NCBI GenBank assembly: GCA_046484285.1
Contig: JAWOBP010000209.1
Span: forward strand, 659-64,658
Direction: 5' to 3'
Length of the DNA stretch: 64,000 nucleotides
From: Polyangia bacterium
GTDB taxonomy: Bacteria > Myxococcota_A > Polyangia > JAAYKL01
Shown: in pieces, positions 35,098-45,123 of the stretch
Numbering within the stretch: the stretch's first letter is position 1
How the letters are laid out: each line of letters begins with the position of its first letter
Notes under the pieces: generated by a model
What the model was told of the DNA's origin: nothing
The model's database searches: none
What the model saw: the letters and a program-made list of their open reading frames with translations, nothing else
Program-made: the position numbers and the translations under genes

Positions 35098-36654
35098 ATG
35101 AAGATCATCTCGATGATCGCGGCGCTCGGCTGCGCGGCTCTCTGCTCGTGCTCGGACGGGAGCTCGCCGGCCGGAATCGACGACGGGGGCTCGGGCGACG
35201 CGGACAGCGACGGCGACTCTGACACCGACTCGGACTCGGACGGCGACAGCGATTCCGACTCGGACACCGACAGCAGCTCGGAGACGGATCAGTCCGTGTG
35301 CGGAGACGGTGTGACCGAGGGCGACGAGGTCTGCGACGACGGCAACCAGCTCTCGGGCGACGGCTGCAACTCGAGCTGCACGATGAACGACCAGTGGGAC
35401 GTCGTGGCCAACGCGCTGACCGAAGGGGATCAGCGCCGGCCCGCGCTGGCCTGCGGGGGCGACGGTGTAGTGCTGGCGTTCTCCGACTGGGAAGAGGGCG
35501 ACCCGTCAGGCGCGGCGGTGATGGTGCGCCTCTTCGGCGCGGACGGCATGCCGCTGGACAACGCCCACGGCGGCGACCAGGAGTTTTCGGCCAACACCGG
35601 GATCTTTGGCCACCAGCACCAGCCGCGCGTCGCCCGGCTGCCGGACGGCGGCTTCTTCGCGGCCTGGACCAACGCCAGCGGAGCGGTGGAGACCGGAGAC
35701 GACGTGCGCGGCCGCCTCTTCGCCGCGGACGGCGACTCGTCGATGGCCGACTTCGCGCTGAGCTCGGTAGAGCAGGGCGAGCAGGCGACCCCGGCGGTCG
35801 CCGCGGCGGACGACGGCACGCTGCTGGCGGTCTGGGCCGACGACAGCGCCAGCGGCGCGGATACGTCGGGCTTCGGAATCAAGGGCCGGCTGTTCGACGC
35901 CGACGGCGAGCCGCTGCCCAACGCCCAGACGCTCGACGACGGCGAGTTCCAGCTCAACCAGCTCACGGCCGGAAACCAGATCCAGCCCGACGCGGCCTGG
36001 ATCGGCGATCGTTTCCTGGTGGTCTGGGCCGACGCCTCGGGCACGCTCGACAGCGACGGCTACGGGATCGTCGGCACGGCGATCGATTCCGAGGCGTTCT
36101 TCGTCGGCCCCGAGGCCGACACCCTGATCAACACCACCGGCGCCGGGCTGCAGGCCACGCCGCGCGTCGCGCACCAGCCCGGGCTGGGCGCGGTGGTGGT
36201 CTGGACCGACGACAGCCGCAGCGACGACACCTCGCACTACGGAGTCCGCGCGCGCCTGGTCGACGGGGACTGCGCAGGCCGCCACAACGCGATCAGCGAC
36301 TCGACAGGCGATTTTCAGGTCAACACCGTGATCGACGGCGGCCAGCAGGCGCCGGCCGTGGCCGTGTTGGCCGGCGGAGAGCTGACCTTCGTCTGGCAGG
36401 ACCGGAGCGGCGAGGACGGCTCCGGCTCGGGTGTGCGCGCGCGGCAGCTCGCCGCTAGCGGAGAGCCGATCGCCTCGCAGCTCGCCCCCGAGGGCGACGA
36501 TTTCCAGGTGAACACCACCTTCCTCGGCGACCAGATCACACCGGCCGTCTGCGCGACCGGAGGCTGGTTCCTGGCCGCCTGGGAGGACCAGAGCGAGACA
36601 GCTCCCGACGAGTCGGGGGCGGCGGTCCGCTATCGACTGCTACCGGGATTCTGA
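35098..36654 (+). CDS. Lipoprotein with Asp-X stalk, Myxococcus Cys-rich repeat (DUF4215-like) and F-Q-V-N-T propeller-type repeats
   Basis: Lipobox LCSC, (DSD)n, CGDG...EVCDDGN...GDGC and repeated FQ(V/L)NT...Q..P.VA....F..VW units. Confidence 0.75.
   Translation: MKIISMIAALGCAALCSCSDGSSPAGIDDGGSGDADSDGDSDTDSDSDGDSDSDSDTDSSSETDQSVCGDGVTEGDEVCDDGNQLSGDGCNSSCTMNDQWDVVANALTEGDQRRPALACGGDGVVLAFSDWEEGDPSGAAVMVRLFGADGMPLDNAHGGDQEFSANTGIFGHQHQPRVARLPDGGFFAAWTNASGAVETGDDVRGRLFAADGDSSMADFALSSVEQGEQATPAVAAADDGTLLAVWADDSASGADTSGFGIKGRLFDADGEPLPNAQTLDDGEFQLNQLTAGNQIQPDAAWIGDRFLVVWADASGTLDSDGYGIVGTAIDSEAFFVGPEADTLINTTGAGLQATPRVAHQPGLGAVVVWTDDSRSDDTSHYGVRARLVDGDCAGRHNAISDSTGDFQVNTVIDGGQQAPAVAVLAGGELTFVWQDRSGEDGSGSGVRARQLAASGEPIASQLAPEGDDFQVNTTFLGDQITPAVCATGGWFLAAWEDQSETAPDESGAAVRYRLLPGF
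35196..35290 (+). repeat. Asp-X dipeptide repeat tract
   Basis: Encodes DADSDGDSDTDSDSDGDSDSDSDTDS. Confidence 0.9.
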
Positions 36655-36698
36655 TTCCCGGCAAAGGGCGCCGAGGCGCCGACGGAGGGGACGAGACG

Positions 36699-39173
36699 AT
36701 GAAGAGATCGACAATTGCGGCGCTCGTGTTGCTGCTCGGCTGCGGCCAGGGCGGATCCCCGTCCGCGATCGGCGACGGCGGCACGGACGCGGATGCGGAT
36801 GCGGATGCGGATGGGGATTCCGACGCGGATTCGGACGGCGATTCCGACGCGGATTCCGACGCCGACACCGACGCGGATTCGGACGGCGATTCCGACGCCG
36901 ACACCGACGCCGACACCGACTCGAGCACGGATACGGATTCCGGCACGGACACCGGCCCGGAGTGCCTCGACAACTCGACCTGCCAGGAGGACAGCCACTG
37001 CGTAGACGGCGAGTGCGTTCCGTGGGACCCCGGCTCGTACGACATGGACTGCACCCAGCTCTCGATCGCCGGTCTGTTCCAGCCCTCGATCCAGTGCGAG
37101 TGGACCGGGCCGGCCGACGGCGATCCGTACCCGAATCACACGCGGGTGCTCAGCGCCCCGGTGGTCGTCGATTTCGATTTCGACGACGACGATTCGACTA
37201 TCGAGCCGTCAATCGTCTTTACTTCTTACGACGGCGACGACGGCTCCTCGGGTTACTACGAGGGCGCCTTTGGCGTGATCCGCGTGATCGACGGCCAGAC
37301 CTGCGAGCCGCAGTACAACGTGGGCACGCAGCTCAACGGCTGCAACTCGCCGGCGATCGGCGACCTCGACCTGGACGGGCGTCCCGAGATCGTCGCCCAC
37401 ACCGGCGTCGGCGGGCTGGCGACCTACACCTACAGCTCCGGCGACGACTCGTTCCAATCTTTCTGCTCGGGCACGCTCACCTTCGGCGGCGAGTCCTCGG
37501 GCTGGTCGGCGCCCTCGATTTACGATCTCGATTCGGACGGCAGCCCCGAAATCATGACCGGCGGGGTGACCTACGACGCGAGCTGCAACGTGCTCGACCA
37601 GTCGCTGGGGCTGGCCGGGCACATGTACTCCGGGGCCGGCTACCCGGTCGTCGCCGATCTGGACGGCGAGCTGGACAGCTACGGGCTGCCCAGCGTGGAG
37701 CTACCTACCGGCTCGGAGCTGTACCGCTTCGACAGCGCCAGCACGAGCTGGCTGCAGGTCTGGAGCGGAGCGGAGTGGCAGGGCTATATCGCAGTGGCCG
37801 ACTTCGGCACCTTCACCGACGATCCGGCCGAGGACGACCGGCTCACGGCCGACGGGATCGCCGAGATCGTGACGGTACGCGCGCCCGACGTGCGGATCAC
37901 GACGATGGACGGCCGGCTGATCTACGGGCCGGTGGCGATGCCTTCGGGTCAGGGCGGAGGTCCGCCCACCGTGGGCGACTTCGACGGCGACGGTCTGCCC
38001 GAGGTCTCCTGCTCGGGCTCGGACTCGATCGCGGTCTTCGACATGGACTGCACCGGGCTACCGGACATGGTTACCTGCTCGTCGCTGTCCACCGACGGCG
38101 TTCTCTGGTGGCAGCCGTCGCAGGATCACTCCTCGAACCGCACCGGCTCGTCGCTGTTCGACTTCGAGGGCGACGGCGCCGTCGAGGTGATCTACGCCGA
38201 CGAGGTCTTCACCCGCGTCTACGACGGACAGACCGGCGCGGTGCTCTTCAGCCAGTGGCACTCCTCGTGCACCTGGAACGAGTACCCGATCGTGGCCGAC
38301 GTGGACGGCGACTTCGGCGCCGAGCTGGTCGTGCCTTCGAACTCCAATTGCGACATCACGCCGACCACGGCCGGCGGTCTCTCCTACCCGACCGGCCCCA
38401 ACGGTTACCCGATGGATCCGCTCTTCAGGGGGCTGCCCTGCGAGGACGGCGGCGACTGCCAAAGCGGAGTCTGCGACGCCGGCTACTGCCGCTGCGACAC
38501 GGACGACGACTGCGGCGGGACCGGCTCGGGGTTCGTCTGCGCCGCGCCTCCGGGCGACACTCCCGGCGAGGGCGACACCTGCCGCGCCGAGTGGCGCGAG
38601 GCCTACGACGGGATCCGCGTCTACGCCGACGTGCTCGACCGCTGGGTCGCATCGCGCACGATCTGGAGCCAGCACGCCTACTCGGTGACCCACGTCGAAG
38701 AGGACGGTACGGTCGTGCCGACCGACGAGTGGGAGCAGAACTGGCTCGACGAAGAGATGAACAACTTCCGCCAGAACGTCCAGGGCGAGGCGGACGCCTC
38801 CTCCTCGCCGGACGCCACCTCGGGGGACGGGGCTTTCGCCGAGTGCACCGACCAGGGAGACGCGGTCCTGTCCGCCGACGTCTGCAACCGCGGAACCCAG
38901 CCGCTGGGAGCCGGGGTGCCGGTCGCCTTCTACCAGGTCGAAGTCGAGCCGGACAACCTGATCGGAGTCGTCGAGACCGAGGCGATCATCGCGCCGGGCG
39001 ATTGCGAGACCGTCGGCTACGAGTGGGACAGCCCGCCCGACGTCTCGGCCGCGGTCGACGTGATCGTGGTAGCCGACGACGACGGCTCGGGCAACGGCCA
39101 GAACTCGGAGTGCGTGGAGGGCAACAACACCTGCACAATCCCCGAGGTGGGCTGCCTGAACATCCCGGAGTGA
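36699..39173 (+). CDS. FG-GAP/VCBS repeat lipoprotein with Asp-X stalk and C-terminal CARDB-like domain
   Basis: Lipobox LLLGC, repeats DLDLDGRPEIV, DFDGDGLPE and FDFEGDG, WSQHAYSVT, NNFRQN and VCNRGT...EC.EGNN. Confidence 0.8.
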   Translation: MKRSTIAALVLLLGCGQGGSPSAIGDGGTDADADADADGDSDADSDGDSDADSDADTDADSDGDSDADTDADTDSSTDTDSGTDTGPECLDNSTCQEDSHCVDGECVPWDPGSYDMDCTQLSIAGLFQPSIQCEWTGPADGDPYPNHTRVLSAPVVVDFDFDDDDSTIEPSIVFTSYDGDDGSSGYYEGAFGVIRVIDGQTCEPQYNVGTQLNGCNSPAIGDLDLDGRPEIVAHTGVGGLATYTYSSGDDSFQSFCSGTLTFGGESSGWSAPSIYDLDSDGSPEIMTGGVTYDASCNVLDQSLGLAGHMYSGAGYPVVADLDGELDSYGLPSVELPTGSELYRFDSASTSWLQVWSGAEWQGYIAVADFGTFTDDPAEDDRLTADGIAEIVTVRAPDVRITTMDGRLIYGPVAMPSGQGGGPPTVGDFDGDGLPEVSCSGSDSIAVFDMDCTGLPDMVTCSSLSTDGVLWWQPSQDHSSNRTGSSLFDFEGDGAVEVIYADEVFTRVYDGQTGAVLFSQWHSSCTWNEYPIVADVDGDFGAELVVPSNSNCDITPTTAGGLSYPTGPNGYPMDPLFRGLPCEDGGDCQSGVCDAGYCRCDTDDDCGGTGSGFVCAAPPGDTPGEGDTCRAEWREAYDGIRVYADVLDRWVASRTIWSQHAYSVTHVEEDGTVVPTDEWEQNWLDEEMNNFRQNVQGEADASSSPDATSGDGAFAECTDQGDAVLSADVCNRGTQPLGAGVPVAFYQVEVEPDNLIGVVETEAIIAPGDCETVGYEWDSPPDVSAAVDVIVVADDDGSGNGQNSECVEGNNTCTIPEVGCLNIPE
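36773..36950 (+). repeat. Longest Asp-X dipeptide repeat tract in the window
   Basis: Encodes DADADADADGDSDADSDGDSDADSDADTDADSDGDSDADTDADTDS. Confidence 0.9.
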
Positions 39174-39318
39174 GCAGCGGTTCGAATCCGATGCCCAAGC
39201 CGATGCCCGTGTACCCCACATTGGACGATCGGCCCGAAGACTCGTAGAAAAGCGCACCCGCACCGGCAACCGAGCTGTCTTCGGCTCTGAGCGGATCGAA
39301 CGAGAATCGAACGAGTCA

Positions 39319-41109
39319 TCAGCTGTCTGCGGCTTTGAGCGGATCGGCGGGGGCGCGGGGCAGGTCGAACCAGAAAATCGATCCGCGCGCTTCGGCCGGA
39401 CGCATTCCCGCCTCTCCCCCCTGCGCACCCACCAAATGCTTGACGATCGCCAGCCCCAGCCCGGTGCCGCCCATCTCCCGGGAGCGGCCGGTATCGACAC
39501 GGTAGAAGCGTTCGAACAGACGCGAGCAATGCACCTCCTCGATGCCCGGACCGTCGTCCTCCACCTCGAACCGGACTGTCTCGCCGCGCTCCAGCCCCCG
39601 CAGCACGATCCGGCCTCCCTCGTCGATGTACTTGACGGCGTTGTCGACCAGGTTGAGCAGCACCTGGTCGACGGCGCGGGCGTCGGCCAGCGCGCACAGG
39701 CCGTTCGCCGGCTCGACCTCGATCGCGATACCCCGCCGCTGGGCCCGCTCTTGCCTCGATTTTTTCGCTCGCCGCAGCAGCGACTCGACATCCAGCCCCT
39801 CGATCTGGAAGTCGTACTTGCCCGACTCGATGCGTGACAGGTCGAGCAGGTCGGAGATCAACCCGGAGAGCCGCTCGGCGTTGTTGACCACCGACTCCAA
39901 GAAACGCCTGCCCACCTTCTCGTCCTGCATCGCGCCGTCGAGCAGCGTCTCGGCGTTGGCGCGGATGATGCTGACCGGGGTGCGCAGCTCGTGCGAGACG
40001 TTGGCCACGAACTCGCGGCGCACGTTCTCGAGCCGGCGCAAGTCGGTCACGTCGAGCAGCACGACCGTGTACTCCCCGGACATGCGCCGCACGGTCCTGG
40101 CCAGCACGCGCTTGGCCTCCCCCCGCGATCCGGGCAGGTCGAACTCGGCGGTGGCGGCCTCGCCGGGCTTCAGCCCGCTGACCAGCTCGTGCATCTCCGG
40201 GGCGCGCACCGTCTCCAGCAGCGTCCTGCCCTCGGGCCGCTGGTCGAAACCCAGCAGCTCCAGCCCGGCGTGGTTGATCAGGGTCACGCGGCCGTCGCGA
40301 TCCAAAGCCAGCACCGCCTCGCTCATCCCCTCCAGCACCGCCTCGAAGCGATCGCGCTCGCGAGCCAGCGCGGTCAGCTGCCGCTCGAGCTGACCGGAGA
40401 GACGGTGCAGCGACCCGGCCAGGCCGCCCAGCTCGTCCTCGCTGGAAACAGGTATCGGCGGCTCGCGGCTGCCGCCCTCGGCCATCCGGTGCGCGTATCC
40501 GACCAGCGCGCGCAACGTGCGAGAGAAGTAGTGCGACGAAAGCGCGCTCATCAAGACGGCCAGGATCAGTCCGAACAGCCCGGCCGCCGCCAGCAGGCCG
40601 AACAACCCGTAGATCGCCGACTCCACCTCGGCCAGCGGCTTGGCGGCGCGCACGATCCCCCGCGAGTCGTTGCGCTCGAAGACGACCGCCACGTAGAGCA
40701 GCTCCTCGTCGATGGTGGTCGAAAAGCGGGACGACTTGCCCGTCCCGCTGCTGAAGGCATCGACCACCTCGGGTCGACCGGCGTGGTTCTCCACCTCGGC
40801 CACCTCGCGCGGCGTAAGCTCCGAGTCGCCGAGCACGGTGCCGTCTTCGAGGATCAGCGTGATCCGGGACTCGGTCGCCTCGCCGAGCGAGTCGATCAGG
40901 CGATCGGCCAGCCCTATCTCTCGGGGATCGGCCGCGATGCTCTCAACCAGGGTCTTCCCCGAGCGGGCGTGGTGCAGCAGCTCGGTCTCGATCCGCTGCA
41001 GCAGGATCTCGCGCAGAGCCTGCGAGAGAAAGGCGCCGGAAATCAGGATTACCAGGGTAATCAAGGAGACCGACGCCAGGAACAGCTTGCCCCGTACGCC
41101 GAGCTTCAC
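39319..41109 (-). CDS. phoR: PhoR-like sensor histidine kinase (TM-HAMP-PAS-HisKA-HATPase)
   Basis: Motifs ENHAGRPEV, FVANVSHELRTP, NLVDNAVKY, DDGPGI and FERFYRVD...GGTGLGL. The GTG start overlaps the phoB stop. Confidence 0.85.
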   Translation of the reverse strand: MKLGVRGKLFLASVSLITLVILISGAFLSQALREILLQRIETELLHHARSGKTLVESIAADPREIGLADRLIDSLGEATESRITLILEDGTVLGDSELTPREVAEVENHAGRPEVVDAFSSGTGKSSRFSTTIDEELLYVAVVFERNDSRGIVRAAKPLAEVESAIYGLFGLLAAAGLFGLILAVLMSALSSHYFSRTLRALVGYAHRMAEGGSREPPIPVSSEDELGGLAGSLHRLSGQLERQLTALARERDRFEAVLEGMSEAVLALDRDGRVTLINHAGLELLGFDQRPEGRTLLETVRAPEMHELVSGLKPGEAATAEFDLPGSRGEAKRVLARTVRRMSGEYTVVLLDVTDLRRLENVRREFVANVSHELRTPVSIIRANAETLLDGAMQDEKVGRRFLESVVNNAERLSGLISDLLDLSRIESGKYDFQIEGLDVESLLRRAKKSRQERAQRRGIAIEVEPANGLCALADARAVDQVLLNLVDNAVKYIDEGGRIVLRGLERGETVRFEVEDDGPGIEEVHCSRLFERFYRVDTGRSREMGGTGLGLAIVKHLVGAQGGEAGMRPAEARGSIFWFDLPRAPADPLKAADS

Positions 41110-41813
41110 ACGCCCTCCTCGTCTTCCGGTGTTGAACGGAACCGATAGCCCACGCCGCGCACCGTCTCGATGTAGACGCCGGCCGCGCCCAGCTTCTCGC
41201 GCAACCGCTTGACGTGAGTATCGACCGTGCGGGTAGTTATCTCGGCGCTGATCTCCCAGACGTCGGACAACAGGGCGTCGCGCGTCTGCACGCGGCCCTT
41301 GCGGCCGAGGAAGGTCACGAGCAGCTTGAACTCCAACGCCGTGAGTGGAACCTCTTCGTCGTCGACCCAGACCCGGTGCGCGGGAATGTCGACCCGCAGC
41401 CTTCCGAAGGCGATCTCCTGCGCATCGGGGCTGGCCGGCCGCGCGCGGCGCAGAATCGCCTTGACCCGCAGCGACAGCTCGCGGAGGCTGAACGGCTTGA
41501 CCATGTAGTCGTCGGCGCCCAGCTCGAAGCCCACCACGCGGTCGATCTCCTCGCCCTTGGCGGTCAGCATCAACACCGGAATGCGGCGGGTGCGATCGTC
41601 GGCGCGCATCCGGCGGCAGACCTCGGTGCCGGAGATGTCCGGCAGCATCAGGTCCAGCACGACCAGATCGGGGATCGGATCGCGCTCGACCTGCTCGAGC
41701 GCTTCGTTCCCGTCGCAGGCGACGCGCACGGCGTAGCCTTCTTTTTCGAAGTTGTACTTGAGGTTTTCGACGAGGTCCTTTTCGTCGTCGACCACCAGGA
41801 GTGTTCCGAGCAT
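41106..41813 (-). CDS. phoB: PhoB-like OmpR-family response regulator
   Basis: Motifs VVDDE, LDLMLP, LTAKGEEIDRV.G...GADDY.VKPF, RTVDTHVKRLR and TVRGVGY. A Pho box lies upstream. Confidence 0.85.
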   Translation of the reverse strand: MLGTLLVVDDEKDLVENLKYNFEKEGYAVRVACDGNEALEQVERDPIPDLVVLDLMLPDISGTEVCRRMRADDRTRRIPVLMLTAKGEEIDRVVGFELGADDYMVKPFSLRELSLRVKAILRRARPASPDAQEIAFGRLRVDIPAHRVWVDDEEVPLTALEFKLLVTFLGRKGRVQTRDALLSDVWEISAEITTRTVDTHVKRLREKLGAAGVYIETVRGVGYRFRSTPEDEEGV

Positions 41814-41838
41814 GGCCTGCCCTTTCTACCGGCTCTCG

Positions 41839-41866
41839 GTTACACCGAGGTGACACGGCGGTGAAG
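41839..41866 (-). promoter_or_regulatory. Pho box: three direct repeats with 11-bp period upstream of phoB
   Basis: The minus strand reads CTTCAC-cgccg-TGTCAC-ctcgg-TGTAAC, followed about 10 nt later by TAGAAA (possible -10). Confidence 0.7.
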
Positions 41867-41961
41867 CCTGGGAAAAACGCGGCCGCTCTCCCACGCTCGC
41901 CACCGCCCGGGAAAGCATGACCCCTGTCGCGGCTATTGGCAACGCGTCTTGTCCGCCAGGC

Positions 41962-41989
41962 TTGGCAGCCCGGGGCAAAGTGCTATAGC
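41962..41989 (+). promoter_or_regulatory. Possible sigma-70 promoter of tnaA
   Basis: TTGGCA, a 16-nt spacer and an extended -10 (TGc-TATAGC). Confidence 0.4.
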
Positions 41990-42039
41990 GTCCAGGCGAG
42001 CAAGGCGGCCCGTTCGTGTCGAGCAGAAAGGAGACTCCA

Positions 42040-43410
<1,371 letters not shown>

Positions 43411-43489
43411 GCGTGCCCGTCAGTCGCTCCTGGCCACGTAACGGCCGTAGAAGACGTCTCCTCTCCCGCTGTTTTCGAACGATGTCTGG

Positions 43490-43640
43490 TTGGGATCGCC
43501 CACGCCCAGCGCAGGGAGCCGTCCGGCTCGTAGCGCGCCAGGAATGTTCCACCATGGCTCGAGTCTATCTGGAGCACGGTCTCGTCGGGCTCGCCCTGCC
43601 CCACGACGACCTCGCCGCCGAAAAAGCCGCCCAGCAGCAT
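43490..43640 (-). pseudogene. Isolated beta-propeller repeat remnant
   Basis: It reads GGFFGGEVVVGQGEPDETVL...TFLARYEPDGSLRWA, a single unit of the G.F.G...GE..ET.L...F.ARY..DG.L.WA repeat of secreted proteins. Confidence 0.5.
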
Positions 43641-43690
43641 CCCCCCTGCTCCAGCGTGATCGAATCAGCTTGCGGGACTGCCGAGCGCGC

Positions 43691-44557
43691 CTACCGATCG
43701 CCCGCCTCGAGCACCGCGGCGACGCGGCGCAGCCTGTCCGGGTCGCTCTCATCGCTCCTGGCGGCGATCCGCAGCACCAGCCTGCCGGCCGCGATGTACA
43801 GGTCCCGCTCCAGCGGCCTGTCGCGCAGCCGCTCCAGGTGGGTCGCGACCGCGTCGGCGTCCCCGCGCCGGATCGGACCGCTCAGCGCGGCGTCCACCCC
43901 GCGCCGAGCGACCGCCTCGACCGCTCCGCCGGCCAGCGAAATCAGCAGCCGCTCCAGCCCGCGCCGCTCGAGCCCCTCGGCCGCGGACAGCGCTGCGTCG
44001 ATCAGCGCCACGGCGTAGTTGCTCGCGATCACGGTCGCGGCGTGGTAGGCGGGCCGCAGCTCGGCCGGCACCTCGATCAGCTCGCCTCCCAGCGCCTCGA
44101 CCAGCCGCTGCGTCTCGTGAATCGCCTCGCCGCGGCAGTCGACCGCGAAGACAGTTCCCGGCGGCAGCGTCGCGCCTCCCCCGGGCGGAAAGACGCGGGC
44201 CGGGTGCAGGGCGCCGGTCCCGCGCACGACGCCCTCCAGCGGGGCGAGCGCCGCGGCGCCGAGCCTCCCGGCGCAGTGCAGCCAGACCTGGTGCTCTCGC
44301 GCCAGCCCGCGCTCGGCGGCCCGGCGGGCGACTTCGTCGATCTCGGTGTCGGGCACGGCGACCAGCACCAGCTCGGCCGCGGAGAGGGAAGGGGGCATCT
44401 CCGGGCAGAAAGCCGGAGCCCCGAGGTCCGCGGCCAGGCTCCGGGCCGCCTCGCGGCTCGAATCGCAGACACCGACGATCTCCACCCCGGCGCGCGCCGC
44501 CGCCAGGCCCAGCGCCGAGCCGGCGGCCCCGGCCCCGACCAGGAACAGGCCGCTCAC
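43691..44557 (-). CDS. Rossmann-like + DUF2520 oxidoreductase (PanG-like)
   Basis: Motifs VGAGAAG, AVPD, HCAG, LHP, YHAATVIASNY and LSGPIRRGD...H. Confidence 0.8.
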   Translation of the reverse strand: MSGLFLVGAGAAGSALGLAAARAGVEIVGVCDSSREAARSLAADLGAPAFCPEMPPSLSAAELVLVAVPDTEIDEVARRAAERGLAREHQVWLHCAGRLGAAALAPLEGVVRGTGALHPARVFPPGGGATLPPGTVFAVDCRGEAIHETQRLVEALGGELIEVPAELRPAYHAATVIASNYAVALIDAALSAAEGLERRGLERLLISLAGGAVEAVARRGVDAALSGPIRRGDADAVATHLERLRDRPLERDLYIAAGRLVLRIAARSDESDPDRLRRVAAVLEAGDR

Positions 44558-45123
44558 GTCTCGCCTCCGTACAGGCCGTTGTCGAGCGCGTAGTCCAGCA
44601 CCGCGGCCGGCGCCAGCTCCAGCGGCCGCCGCCCCTCGGCCAGCAGGCGCCGGAGCTCGGTGGAGCTGACCCGGGGCGGCGCCTCCAGCACCGGCTCCGG
44701 AATCGAATCCACGCCGCGCCGCTCCACGTACAACGGCGGCGCCAGCGACGCGATCTCGTCGTAGCGATCCCACTTCTCGCGCTCGTGGTAGATGTCGCTT
44801 CCGGCCAGCAGCCGCAGCTCGATTCCCGGGTGCCGCTTCGCAAGCAGACGCACCAGCTCCAGCGTCCTTCCGGGTCGGTCCAGCTCGGCCTCGAGATCCG
44901 AGACGCGAGCGCGCGGCTCGTCTCCGACCAGCAGGCGGCACATCGCCAGCCGGTGGCGGAACGGGGCCGGCTGCTTGCCGAAGGCGTGCCGCAGGCAGGG
45001 CACCAGCCACACCTCGTCGACCCGGCCGGACTCCAGCGCGACTCGCACGACTCCCAGGTGCCCGCAGTGCGGTGGATCGAAGGTTCCACCCAGCACCCCG
45101 ATCCTGAGCCGCGCCCCGCTCAC
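44554..45123 (-). CDS. nadD: Nicotinate-nucleotide adenylyltransferase
   Basis: Motifs GGTFDPPHCGH, HRLAM, GSD, VSSTELR and V..Y....GLY. Confidence 0.9.
   Translation of the reverse strand: MSGARLRIGVLGGTFDPPHCGHLGVVRVALESGRVDEVWLVPCLRHAFGKQPAPFRHRLAMCRLLVGDEPRARVSDLEAELDRPGRTLELVRLLAKRHPGIELRLLAGSDIYHEREKWDRYDEIASLAPPLYVERRGVDSIPEPVLEAPPRVSSTELRRLLAEGRRPLELAPAAVLDYALDNGLYGGET

Noticed and set aside
36773-36950. Short periodic repeats as a CRISPR or non-coding array
   Set aside because: They are in-frame Asp-X codon repeats without unique spacers. No cas genes are present in the window.
39174-39195. tRNA-like T-arm GGTTCGAATCC
   Set aside because: The stem has a mismatch, there is no acceptor, D or anticodon arm, and the upstream bases are coding sequence.
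39174-39290. Possible beta-barrel C-terminal scar on the minus strand (YTGIGLGIGF)
   Set aside because: The alternating pattern is too short and unspecific to support a call.
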